This document shows, in pieces, positions 12,923 to 43,166 of a stretch of 64,000 bases of DNA. Source of the DNA: Antedon mediterranea (Eukaryota > Animalia > Echinodermata); contig NC_092671.1 of NCBI RefSeq assembly GCF_964355755.1, forward strand, positions 40,248,304 through 40,312,303. The letters are read 5' to 3'. The notes beneath the pieces are model-generated. The model did not search any database. It saw only the letters and a list, made by a program, of their open reading frames with translations, and was not told the DNA's origin. Positions within the stretch are counted from its first letter, which is position 1, and the number at the start of each line of letters is the position of its first letter. A program made the translations under genes and the position numbers.

Positions 12923-13483
12923 AACCTTACCTGCTAACTATTGACTACGTGTGTGGATAGCAGACAACCTTACCTGCTAACTATTGACTACGTGTGTGGA
13001 TAGCAGACAACCTTACCTGCTAACTATTGACTACGTGTGTGGATAGCAGACAACCTTACCTGCTAACTATTGACTACGTGTGTGGATAGCAGACAACCTT
13101 ACCTGCTAACTATTGACTACGTGTGTGGATAGCAGACAACCTTACCTGCTAACTATTGACTACGTGTGTGGATAGCAGACAACCTTACCTGCTAACTATT
13201 GACTACGTGTGTGGATAGCAGACAACCTTACCTGCTAACTATTGACTACGTGTGTGGATAGCAGACAACCTTACCTGCTAACTATTGACTACGTGTGTGG
13301 ATAGCAGACAACCTTACCTGCTAACTATTGACTACGTGTGTGGATAGCAGACAACCTTACCTGCAAACTATTGACTACGTGTGTGGATAGCAGACAACCT
13401 TACCTGCTAACTATTGACTACGTGTGTGGATAGCAGACAACCTTACCTGCTAACTATTGACTACGTCAGTGGATAGCAGACAA
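12923..13483. repeat. 43-bp minisatellite, 13 copies
   Basis: Unit aaccttacctgctaactattgactacgtgtgtggatagcagac, nearly invariant, with no spacers. Confidence 0.95.
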
Positions 13484-13771
13484 TTTCTCCATATTTTCAT
13501 TACTATTTATTTAATAGCGTTCTTAGTGGATTTTTCTGGTAGCAATTTTCAATAACCAATAATTATTTCTAGTAATACATTAACAATAGTCATTAACAGT
13601 AAACTTTAATCATGACCAAACTCAAAGAAAAAAAAACAAACATTTGACTATAAAAGTTGTGTAAATATTTGCTAGAAACTGTAATGTATACATCTTGATT
13701 TGGTAAGAATATATGCATACACAAGAAATAAACCGGTTGATATGATAGTCTACTGTGTTTATAACTCATTA

Positions 13772-14046
13772 AACTTGGTTCCCACTAGTGACGCAACGCA
13801 AGGACGTAACGCAACGTAAGGCTTGGTTCCCACTTGGATGTAACGCAAGGACGTAGACGGAACGCAAGCGAGTTGACCAATCACACGCGACAGATTGATC
13901 AAATCACTTAGCGTTGCTTCCTAGTGAGAACCAATATTTAGTGATTTGACCAATCTTTAGTGATTTGACCAATTACACGCGATGGACAGTGGCTTGTCAT
14001 TGGTTAACTCGCCTGCGTTGCCCATACGTCTAGTGGGAACCACGCT
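13772..14046. mobile_element. MITE family B (TIR about AGCTTGGTTCCCACTAG..GACGCAACGCAAG), PIF/Harbinger-like
   Basis: Terminal inverted repeats with TWA flanks. Related pieces at 41778-42325, 51158-51302, 57008-57646 and 63120-63181. Confidence 0.75.
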
Positions 14047-14830
14047 TTAAAAGACGGTTATACTATGCGTGACGTGAATGTAATCACGATATACAGTAGA
14101 CCTTACTAGATCAGCAAGGATTACGTTTTATCTGGGTTTTTTTTTTCAGTGGTGGGAGATTTTTCATATTGTACTAAATACTACTTATGTCTACGTCTAA
14201 CATGCATTGCATGTATTAATCTTGAGACTTGTTTGTCTAATGTCCAAACTAATTTGCATACGACGGCACGTGTCGAGAGCTTTACAAACATATGACGTAA
14301 TCATGCCAATTATTAATAAAATATTGCATATTAAAAAAATAATTTAGAAAATGTATTATTGACTGTAAACTTGAACATTAAATGTGGTTATTGGACGAAA
14401 CGCCCGGACCACCTCCAATAAAGCATTTCATTAAGTGACAGTTCGTGGTTGCATAACTGTATTATAGGTAATATTGTAGCTATCGTTGTTAACTGCTAGT
14501 AACTATTTAGTACTGATAGTTTGCTCTGGTCATTGTAAGCGAATCATTGCTGAATGTGCACCATTTTGAAGGTAGGTGGTACGTGTATGTATAGACAATG
14601 ATAAATACATTTGATCTTGGTTACCACAATAGATTGATTCTTCTCACCTCTTCTCAAGTTAAAACAACTCGTATTCATACACCCACCTTGGGACTAATAC
14701 CCCGCATTTGAACATTTGAATGACAATAAGTATGTATCTCCATGTGGACATGGGCAAAGATCATACAGTGCGTTTGACTAACGTCATGACATCTCTTTAT
14801 AGGACCTATAGTCTATCTAAGAATTGAAAT

Positions 14831-15471
14831 CATTTGGTATGTATGTGTGTACCATTTGAAGTCTTGGTAAAGAGGTTAGTCCCTCCCATATTTGGTATGT
14901 ATGTGTGTACCATTTGAAGTCTTGGTAAAGAGGTCAGTCCCTCCCATATTTGGTATGTATGTGTGTACCATTTGAAGTCTTGGAAAGAGGTGAGTCCCTC
15001 CCATATTTGGTATGAATGTGTGTACCATTTGAAGTCTTGGTAAAGAGGTGAGTCCCTCCCATATTTGGTATGTATGTGTGTACCATTTGAAGTCTTGGTA
15101 AAGAGGTGAGTCCCTCCCATATTTGGTATGTATGTGTGTACCATTTGAAGTCTTGGTAAAGAGGTTAGTCCCTCCCATATTTGGTATGTATGTGTGTACC
15201 ATTTGAAGTCTTGGTAAAGAGCTGAGTCCCTCCCATATTTGGTATGTATGTGTGTACCATTTGAAGTCTTGGTAAAGAGCTGAGTCCCTCCGATATTTGG
15301 TATGTATGTGTGTACCATTTGAAGTCTTGGTAAAGAGGTGAGTCCGTCCCATATTTGGTATGTATGTGTGTACCATTTGAAGTCTTGGTAAAGAGCTGAG
15401 TCCCTCCCATATTTGGTATGTAAGTGTGTACCATTTGAAGTCTTGGTAAAGAGGTCAGTCCCTCCCATATT
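14831..15471. repeat. 58-bp minisatellite, about 11 copies
   Basis: Unit catatttggtatgtatgtgtgtaccatttgaagtcttggtaaagaggtgagtccctcc. Explains the three overlapping minus-strand ORFs. Confidence 0.95.
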
Positions 15472-16117
15472 TTCAATTTTTAAAGTGCTTTTATTATAAA
15501 TTTTCGTTGTTTTGAATTTCATATTGTAAAAAGTTTTAGAACCTCTTTTGAAACAAATTCATATAAGGGTTATCCTTGTATCTCTTCCGTTATTGATGTT
15601 ATCTTGTATTATTTAGGTCACGTCGTTATGTATCTTTTTGTTTGTTTTATGAAAATTTCAAATAAAATCAATCAATCCATGAAATTTATATATACATTTT
15701 TGAAAAACGCTATACATTTCCTGTTTCATTAAGCAAATCGCAGTGTTTTTTGTCGATCAGCTCCTTAAAAAAAATGATGAGATGAGTTCGTCAACTTTGA
15801 ATGATGTGTTACATAAATAAACTAGAGGCCTACGATCAATACATACCCCAATGTATTGTTAAAACCATCATTATTCTCAACTAATGATCCTCTAAAATTG
15901 AAGGACTAATTGGTACTCAAGCTGTGATCCTTTTATTACAAAGAAGTATTTTTAGATTAATTGAATATGTTTGCTGCCAATGTATTATCATCACCATGTA
16001 GATAATCATATTGGACCCACTTACCTCTGGATAAATCATCTGACAACACCTCCACCAAGTATGTCTGGTTAAACTGCTATATAAAGTGTAGTTTTTAAAT
16101 TTCAGATAAAGGCAGCA

Positions 16118-18304
16118 ATGCCGAGTTATCGGTACCTCAATGAAAGACCAGAATGTCCTAGACCGATCGGGTTTTTACCACCGATACAACTAAGTACGTC
16201 ACATGATGGTTTGGGCAAGTTGACCGGAAGTGATAGACGCGCAAGAGATTCAATAAAGCGTAAAGAACCGCATGCACGCTCTCGGAGATTTTACACACGG
16301 TACAAGAACATGCTGTTTAATATTGCGGGTTCCTTATCGTCAAGTGATGTCAGTGATTTGAAGTATTTGTGCAGAGGTAAGTTGCAATTTCCGAATTAAA
16401 TGGATTCACACGGTATGGTGTTCATAAGAATGAGTATTGTACTCAGTCGATTTGAAATGTGTATAAAGCTCTGTCTACACTATCAAACTAGTTTGGCAAA
16501 AAAATTTGATGTGCCTAAATATGGTAGTGATATGCTTAAATATGGTAGTGATATAACATCATCGTGCCCATATATGGGCACATCACATTTTGTTGTCACA
16601 TAAGGTTTGATAGTGTAGACAGAGCTTTAGACACGGTAGTTTATAAAATCAGGCACTAAACGAAAACAAACTTTTTCTGTATTGTGTCATTGACAAAACG
16701 ATTTTTGCTTTGCAGATCACATTCGTCCGACCGAAGATATAGACAATGTCCGGAACGCATGGTCTTTTATTATTGTGTTGGAAAACAAGAATTTTTTGGC
16801 ACCAAATAGTCTAGTTTTTCTACAAACTCTCCTGTATTACGTTGGCAGAACTGACTTGTACGGCCTAGTGTTAAAGTTCAGGATTGATAGACAAGATGAA
16901 TACAAAATGGAAGGTATCGATATTCGTCACACATTAGAAGGTGAGTTTACAGAGTTGACGTGAGACAAATGGAAACAATCAACTATGACAAGAATATATT
17001 ATTATCAATCGTCCTGTTAAAAGTTCTACACACAGATCCGTTTTTGGTAAACTTATATGCAACCTAAAATTGTATCCATCCTTTATGTAGACGTACCGGT
17101 ACTTCTATTTATGGATCACACATAATTTATATATTTTATGAAATTATTTTTATCTATTTTAGATCCTAGAAGAATGGAACTTACTAAAGATATGCTAGAT
17201 TTTCGACGTAAACTTAAGAAAACTAGACGAAATAACAAACCGAATATAGCCAACCTACAAGAACGGTTAAGTGAACTAAGCACCAGAGTGCAACATAATA
17301 TCGATGATATGAATTGTTATAAACGAAAATTGATGGCAGTTGAAGGGCCAAAGGTCGTACGACTAGAACCAGTAGACCTAAAAACTGGTGAGATTCTGCA
17401 TACAGAATGTAATCAACAGAGCGCAAAGAATCACAATAATGATAAATTAACAATAGAACCAAACAGACCTGCTGAAGATGACGTATTAAAAATCGGGTTG
17501 CAAACTATTGATAAAGTAAACCGACTTAAATCTACTGTTCATATAATTAAGAAGCCTCAAGGAAAGTACACATCTGCTGAAAAGAAGAATACAACTTCCA
17601 CTACTCACTTGGACCTCTGTGCAGAGAAACAATCATGTGCAGTCGAGAAGGAGGCACCCAAAGAAGAAGGCGCGAAGGAAGATCCATCTAAAGGATATAC
17701 GAAGAAACAACCGCAAATAAATGAAGGACATGCAACGGAACAATCATTACCCAGCGAAGGACCTCGAGTGAAACTACCCAATACAGGAACAGCACTGAAA
17801 CAACGACTGTCCAAACCCGGACCTCAAATAAAACAAGGACCGGACAACACAGAACCGGTACCAAAACAGTCACAGCTGTCCACCGCCAGCGGTGTATCTC
17901 CATTTCCACTTTCACCCAATGAACACGAATATACTTTGTCTGAAGAAGCAATTATATCAGAGACCCCTATGCCACCGCCTTATAAAGAGTTCAATACAAA
18001 AGCTATCAACATTCTAAAAAAGTACAAAGATTTCAGCATTTTGACTAATTTAGAACATAAAAAAGACACTAGTAAAGTTGAAAACTCACCTTCAAAAATT
18101 AAAGATTTTCGAAATCGATTGCGTAAAAAAGTGCCTAAGTTTGGAATTCAGGAGAATAAACGGACAAAGCATAAAACCAGATCAAAGAAGGAGACTTCAC
18201 AACTAAGTATGAAAGAGTGCTTCGACAAAAATCTATTATTCCCAGATATTTATGATAAATATGCCAGAACGCCACGCCCGCAAGCAACTGTTAAGAAAAC
18301 GTAG
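16118..18304 (+). CDS. Death effector domain (DED)-containing protein, about 541 aa, 3 coding exons
   Basis: Exons 16118-16376, 16716-16940, 17163-18304 join in phase 1/1 (1626 nt). The spliced segment YKNMLFNIAGSLSSSDVSDLKYLCRDHI...FIIVLENKNFLAPNSLVFLQTLLYYVGRTDL has DED hallmarks (LKYLC, terminal RxDL). It is followed by a coiled-coil-like stretch and a long low-complexity, basic tail. An acceptor ttcag at 16101-16105 implies an upstream non-coding exon. Confidence 0.85.
16467..16626. mobile_element. MITE family A (TIR AGCTCTGTCTACACTATCAAAC), PIF/Harbinger-like
   Basis: Perfect 22-bp TIRs, internal about 21-bp repeat (aaatatggtagtgatat..), TWA flanks. Partial copies near 5900-5987, 11035-11072, 18356-18470, 37395-37570, 39351-39581, 41430-41520, 47455-47555. 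Confidence 0.85.
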
Positions 18305-19755
18305 GATTTATGCTAGTTTGTCTTTTGACGCACCAACAGGTTGATGAGCGCGAAAAGCTCTTTTTCTACACTATCAAACTAGTTTGTGTGATGTGCCCAA
18401 ATATGGTAGTGATATTCCCAAATATGGTAGTGATATGACATCATCATGTTTGGGCACATCGCATGTTTGTTGTCGTCAGAATGATATCTCTTTGTGGTGT
18501 CTACCAAATTGTTTGAACAATAAACCTCCATGTATAAACTGAAGCAAAAAAGTGCAACTAATAATAATTTATAATAACATTACATTTTTTCTGATGTCTT
18601 TTTGATTATTATATAATATAATAATAATATTATTATAATAACTGTGTTTAATTTATGTGCGTGCTTTTTCTTCTTTTCATGAACGTTGTTTTATCACGAT
18701 CGCTAGACAAAAACAGAAAAGAACTTTAAATTACCGTAATATATTTTATTATTAGATGATTTCTGTAAATAAATCAATAATTTGCTGGTATGCAGATATG
18801 CACGGGTATAGTTAACAGCAGCGTGTACATAATACCGTATCCGCATTATTACTTCGTCAACATCAAATGATACAAAAGCTAAGATTTAATTTTGTTTACA
18901 AATTGTGTTAAAAATGTAATAATTAGGCCTAGGCCTCTTACATAACATAGGCCTACCTCTTTAGTTTATATAAACTCCATATGTAGTCATTGTAATTATA
19001 CATATTAACATCAATCAATATTAAGATAAGGTTGTCTTATCTTATCAACAGTGGGTAATATTAATAAAAATAACATTTTTCACTTTTGTCATCAAATACC
19101 AATATTTTAACCGGTTTAATAGTACTTTTCAGCATTCGCTAACATTCATATAGATAATATAGAAAAGGAAATGAGTGGTGATTATTTGTTTGCCTATTTT
19201 GATGGTTGCTGATGCAATTCAAATATAATATTTGACTTATCATTATTTGCTTAACGTAAATATACATTTTGATATGATTGTGTTAAAAGACTGCGTACCA
19301 GTCAATAATAATAATAATAATAATCACACGCGATTTTCAACACAATACCTCGCCTGATTATTTATGAAACCTATATAAAAGAGGTTGCCATAGTAATCAA
19401 TGTTTGTTGTCATCATAGTAAGGTAACGTGGTGCGTTTTCCAATCATAACACGACGATAAAAACATCGGCGATGACATGCTCAATGGGTCGTACACTAAA
19501 AGAAACGATTCAGCGTTATTACTATGTTTATTGGTACAAATTACAAATAGCAATGCAAATAATTAATTTACTTTATAACGTCATACAAATAATAATAATT
19601 TAAAGTGCTGGAATATAATGTGCGGTCAATGGCGGATGGAAGGCTTATTTTGGTTGTTTAAAAATGGGGATGCTGGTTGAACCATGGCGGATGGAAGCTA
19701 GGCTTATTTTGGTTGGTTGAAAAGGGGGATGCTGGTTGAACCATGGTTCGAATTA

Positions 19756-19920
19756 AGCTCTGTCTACACTATCAAAGTTTATGTGACAAAAATATGTGAT
19801 GTGCCCATATATGGACATCATGATGTCATATCACTACCATATTTAGAAAATTACTACCATATTATTTAGGTACATCACACATTTTTTTTATCAAACTAGT
19901 TTGATAGTGTAGACAGAGCT
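19756..19920. mobile_element. MITE family A copy
   Basis: Both TIRs intact; flanks TTA/TAA. Confidence 0.85.
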
Positions 19921-20019
19921 TAAGCCAAATCCATACACTTATAATGTCCCCTTCAGTAATCATCAATGCCACAACTTACCACAAAAACCTTTCAACAAAA
20001 ACTGATTCTTAATTCGTAT

Positions 20020-20940
20020 TTAAAAAAAAAGTTTACCTTCTGGTTCGTCATCTTGATCTTCTTCATAATCGGGTGCACTTTGCCTTCTCCTCCTTAATGG
20101 CGGTATTCTGTTAACAACATCTTTAATGTCAATGGTAGCTGTGTCAGACGTGTCTACAGTGAATGTGCTGGCCGAATCCCATGTATCCATATATTGGTTG
20201 CACACAATGCTGTTTATAGTGCGATGTGCAGAAATGAGTTGTCGAATTAACTGTTGGTCCTGATCACGCATTTTTACCTAAAAATAAATAATATATAATA
20301 GATCTTATGACATGAGAATATTATTATTATTATTATTAGGCCTATTATAATTAATACGGTAATGATTTATGGATGTGTGTGTTTGTGTTGTGACAAAACG
20401 AAATGATAGAAATGATGACGAAATGATGAAGAAGGGTTTCTTTAATGACGGAGGTAGAATTTTAACAAGATTTACTTACTTCTTTTTGGGGGATGCGCCG
20501 TTAGATGTTGTGACGGCTGATATGATGAATAATATGGAAACGTTTTTTTTTAAATAACTTACCAATTCATTACGTAACATTTTGACACATTTCCCCAGTC
20601 TATCAATAGAATCTGTTGTATGTTTTTCGTTAAAAACCCGCCAAATATCTTGAACACCAGATTGCTCAGAAACGGCAGACGATGGAGCATCTTGAATGAT
20701 TGAAGGAGTCGTTGCGTCATCTCGATGGCAACCGTCTTCCAACGTCTTGAAATAACGTTGGTCATTGTTACCGAGTTTATCAGCGGGAATTTTCTCGTCA
20801 AATCCGTTTTGCCGTAGATTAAGTTGCATTTCTTTCTTTAATTTCCCGATTCGTAGTCGAGCACGTCTAGGAGTCGTCGTAGAGGTAGTATCACTGTTGC
20901 TAGAATCGCTTTCATCCAGAGATGTCACACAAACCAGCAT
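20020..20940 (-). CDS. FAM167: FAM167-like (DUF3259-type coiled-coil) protein, at least 2 coding exons
   Basis: Exon 20940-20563 (ATG..AATGAATTG|gtaagt) splices in phase 0 to exon 20277-20037/20020 (tttttag|GTAAAAATG). The junction reads KMLRNEL-VKMRDQDQQLIRQLISAHRTINSI, matching from memory the FAM167 core LRKELxEMRxQDQQLARQL. The 3' end is uncertain: read-through to TAA at 20020, or a donor at 20036. Confidence 0.72.
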
Positions 20941-21962
20941 TGCTAGACAGACAGACAAACCGACAGACACACGGGTTTCTTCTGAAGCGAGAGCACTTTG
21001 AGAAAACGACTACAAGCTTGTCACGTCGTCATTTAACATCGTCAAGATAACGCGGGAGCTGCATCGATCGCTGGAAACGACGAACAATAGAAACACAGCA
21101 GTCTCAGCTACTCAACTGACAAGCTAAACAAAAGATAGCACTTTTAAGTACAGTATCTTAAGTACGTCTGCTGCTGTTATTGTTGTTGTATTTAAGTATA
21201 CTTCAATGCATTCATTCTACTTAGGCCTAATTAGAAATGTTTTTTCGTTTTGGACTTTATCTGTCTACTGTCCATTTTCCCTCACTTATATTTATTTTAT
21301 TGCGTAATTATGTAGGTCTAAATATCGCGTTAAGTTATTATTGACAAAATGACTTGCTAAGAGTCTTCTCAATATAAATAAATAATACTGTCGATTAGGC
21401 CTACATAGCAATTGATTATAATTTACTTTAATATTACCGTGATTTTGTGGAATAATCATCCAATTGGTGTCTGCATATACAATTATTGTTGATCTCTCTA
21501 AACATACTTGTGCAAAAAGATTGTTTAAAAAAGTATAGGCCTATACTCTCAAATGTGTAATGTTTGGTTATTAATTGTTAATATATTTTACTTACCGTAT
21601 TAAATTGTAACTACGCATTTTTTTTGTTTTTTAGGTTTTTATGCTTGTTTGATTCGAAGGTGAATTTGTCATAAATAAATAACCTGGGCGTAATTAAACT
21701 TTGTACCTGTAGTACTGGTAGTTTTACACACGTTACACACTGTTTTGGAAAACGCCCCCTTTCTTTAATCCGTTGAGCCACCACCATCCAATCTAATCCT
21801 CATTTCTCTATTTTGATTGGTCGATCGATTCCATTACGTCGTGGAAAAACGTACATGTTTTTGTTTTGTCTTTGCGATATCCTCTACAATATTGTGTTGT
21901 TTTTACGCCATTACAAAAATAGTCTTTGAATTTGTTCAAGAATATATTTTAATAATCTAAAG
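20941..21962. promoter_or_regulatory. Putative bidirectional promoter between the FAM167-like gene and PAH
   Basis: Divergent ATGs about 1.02 kb apart. CCAAT at about 21788 and ATTGG at about 21816. No functional evidence. Confidence 0.45.
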
Positions 21963-39668
<17,706 letters not shown>

Positions 39669-41777
39669 AAGGTCAAAGAATAGGTCAATTGAAACATTGC
39701 CAGAACATCTCCAGAAATTCATCAAATTTGTGAAGTTTAGTTTGAATAATTTCAATTAGTTGTTGTATCTAACCTGTGTGTCTATAATCATTTTACAATT
39801 TCTTCATCATGTGTTGAATATGAAACTGAATTTAAAATGAAATTTTAAGAAGACACTAGACCTGCAATCGTTTTATACAAATAATGCATATATATAACTT
39901 TAAAACCATTAAACTAGGTTATTTCTTGTCTTAAATGTGGGCGCTTAAATTATTAGAATTTACTTATTTTCCACAATTTAATCGTTTAAAGACGAAACAA
40001 TATTGCAATAGGTCCATGTAGTATTTATTTTTACATAAAATGTAGTGTGTGACTTTAAATTAGGTCAAAAACGTAGGTGTAGTGTCTTTAACATTTCTTC
40101 ATCATTTGTTAAATTAATGCACATATTGTTTAAGCACTCTTAACAGTTTTGGTATATTATGTATTTCTATTGCACAACTTTGTTTGTAACCTGATTACAT
40201 TTACCAACTTTGCCTAAGCCATATCAAGAGATTAAAAACAGACAAAGATGCTTTAGATATAATTATGAATATAAAATATGACGATGTCTGCTGGGGAATT
40301 GTGGTGGGTATTGGTGGGAGGCGAGCGCCACATCTGCTTCATGGCCCTGTAAGCATAAAACTAAACAACAGACAAATATAACAATATTTTAGTGTTACAA
40401 TGGTTTTTCTTAGGCGTTGCTTTAGAATAAATGCTTTTAAATCTTTTACAACCTTAAATTTACGCCAAACATTATTAGTTTTTGTCTATCACTTCTAACA
40501 TGTGTTATTATTAATATTATAGCAATATAATGGAGGGTTTAGTTATTGTGCAATGTCGATTAACACATTTTGTATTGTCTTATTTATTTCACCAAAATAA
40601 CATTTCATTTATTGATTCATTCGTTACAAAATATTTAATTCAGTATAATGATACAAATATAACAGATTGATGGAGTATACAAAAGGGTGTTATATATTAG
40701 GTTGAAAAAATACTGTAAATAACTATATATTAGGGTTCTAGTAAATAGTAATTGAACCACCATTGAACTAAATACAGACTGTGAAATTCAAATGTATATT
40801 ACAGGTTTGTGTTATTCTAAATCCACACATAAATGTATATGGTACAATAAAGTCGTAATTAAAAAGAATGGACGTGAAGCCGATGGGAAAATAAGTTTGA
40901 AGAAACTATCAGAAAAATAATGACAAGTAATAGGAGACATTCATTTATAATAATGTTAACAATAGACATCAAATATGAAATATTGTCATTAAAATTCCAA
41001 ATATCTTGCCAAAATAAATAACATATTATTAAAAAGCAGTATGTACATAAAAAGTTATTATAAATATTAGTGGCATTAGAAATATCTTGCCTGTTCTGCC
41101 TTTCTCGGTTTCTTCTAAAATTTATAGATTGTTTATTTTTTCGGTTGTAAAATGTAAATGGGAATAAATATTATTGAGTAACTAAATGTGTTCTGTCATT
41201 CATTTATACCATATAGTTTTACCTACAATAACATTTAATAGCAACAAGTAGAGGACAAACAGACATACAGTTTTTAGATAAAATGACCAGAACTATGGAT
41301 CCAAGTATTGCAATCAAATACTGTAACCCCAACATTTTCGCGCCCATTATTTTCGCGATTGAACGATCGCGAAAATAAAGGGCGCTCGAAATTCACGAAA
41401 TACCCCACGATTGTACACATACTAACAAAAATTATGTCATATGTCATATAACTACCATATTTAAGCATATCACTACCATATTGGGCACACTTTTGTTGTC
41501 AAACTAGTTTGCAAGAGCTTAATATGAATTTTTGTTTTCAATTTATCTTGTGAACATCAAACGTGACTGTGACAATATAGCGCCACAGCTCTCGCTCATT
41601 AAATTGAAAACTGAAAAAGCATAAATCAGTAATTTAGTATTTTGACTCGACATTCAAATTGCGAAGTTACAATGAGATTGATGATTAACAACAATCGGAT
41701 CTAACTGGTGAACCTCGTCTTCTTATTACTGCAGTAGAACCTCTCCTTCGGGACACTCCTATTCAGGGAACACCTAA

Positions 41778-42325
41778 AGCTTGGTTCCCAAGCGTGGTTC
41801 CCACTAGCGACGCAACGCAAGGACGTAACGCAACGCAAGTGAATTGACCAATCACAAGCGATGGCTTATTCGCTTGTGATTGATAACTGTCTATAACTTC
41901 GCTTGTCATTGGTTAAAACGCTTGCGTTGCGTTTACGTCCTTGCGTTACGTTCAAGTCGAATAACGTCGACAGGAAAACAGGCTTAAAGCCTGTTTTCCT
42001 GTCGACGTTATTCGACGCTATCGTTAACAATAATCGGCGATCTTACGTAAACATTGAAATGTTAACGATTTACAGGAAAAGGTAATCGCTATCATTATCA
42101 TTTCAACTTGATCGTTTTCAAACGATCGTCGTTGAACTTTTAACGATCAACGACGATAGCGTCTACTAACGTCGACAGGAAAACAGGCTTTAGCGACGCA
42201 ACGCAAGAACGTAACGCAACGTAAGTGATTTGACCAATCACAAGCGATGGATTAATCAAACAGTGCTTTGTCATTGGTCAACTCGCTTGCGTTGCGCGTA
42301 CGTCTGTGTGTTGCGTCTCTAGTGG
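41778..42325. mobile_element. Nested MITE cluster: family B pieces with family C (41988-42189, TIR AGCCTGTTTTCCTGTCGACGTTA)
   Basis: Family C has perfect TIRs with TAA/TTA flanks. An adjacent extra TIR forms a 61-bp palindrome at 41956-42016. Confidence 0.8.
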
Positions 42326-42864
42326 AGAATTTTCGGTTAAATGAACATGCATTATCCCATATTTCTAAATAATATTTATTTTTATATTATGTTGAATATA
42401 TATGAGATATATATTTTTTACCTACATTTTTATACGTACTTTTATTTTTATTTTGTTTTCAGAATTATTATTTTTTTTTAGCATAGATGGTTATCCTATA
42501 GTAGATGACGAAAACATTTTAGATTTATTTTGTTCTATGTAGGAAAAATGCATATTTATCTGTTTATCGTCGATCGTTATCGTCCTAGTATAAATGGGCC
42601 TTTACTGGTCACTTTTCCAAGGTTGGACGATCCTTACAAACAAACAATAATACAATTTTAGAGGATTTCAGACGCTGTTATCCACAGCATTGTCAAACAT
42701 TTGAAATGAAATAATAAACACATGAATAGCTTAAATAAGTTAGATAATTGGTAAGCTGACAGTTTGTAACACATAGCTAGTGTGATAATTGCGGACAAAA
42801 TAATAATCAATATCATCCTTTATTATCCTTTATTAAACTTATGAATGACCGGTTGAAATCAGCT

Positions 42865-43105
42865 CGCCAATCACGTGACCTCACACGTAATTTACTTTAT
42901 TACCTTTATTATCCAATCATAATTGTTATCGAAATGTAGTAAAAAGTAATAGGAATTGGAAATGACATAAAAGTGACGAATGCTGTGGCGAGTTGCACAC
43001 TGTGTTTTTACAATCAGTACTGAAGGCACACACATCAGCGGTAGAATCGTGAATGCAACAAGTGTGTATACTGTCAACCGGATTTCAAGCCGTTATATAA
43101 AAAGT
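42865..43105 (+). promoter_or_regulatory. Putative TH core promoter
   Basis: TATATAAAAAG at 43094, 73 bp before the ATG. Compound CCAAT-CACGTG-TGACCT at 42867-42881. Confidence 0.5.
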
Positions 43106-43166
43106 TCTTAATTCATTGATTAAACAAGCCGCTGATTACAAGAAGCAAAAATATACATCTTAGAAT

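Noticed and set aside
12923-13483. CRISPR array
   Set aside because: Head-to-tail identical units with no unique spacers, no cas genes, eukaryotic context.
14830-15522. Three overlapping minus-strand ORFs
   Set aside because: Frame-cycling translations of the 58-bp minisatellite.
20476-20970. Secreted neuropeptide precursor (apparent signal peptide and basic sites)
   Set aside because: The hydrophobic N-terminus depends on a GTG start. The first ATG is at 20940, and the spliced product matches an intracellular FAM167-type motif.
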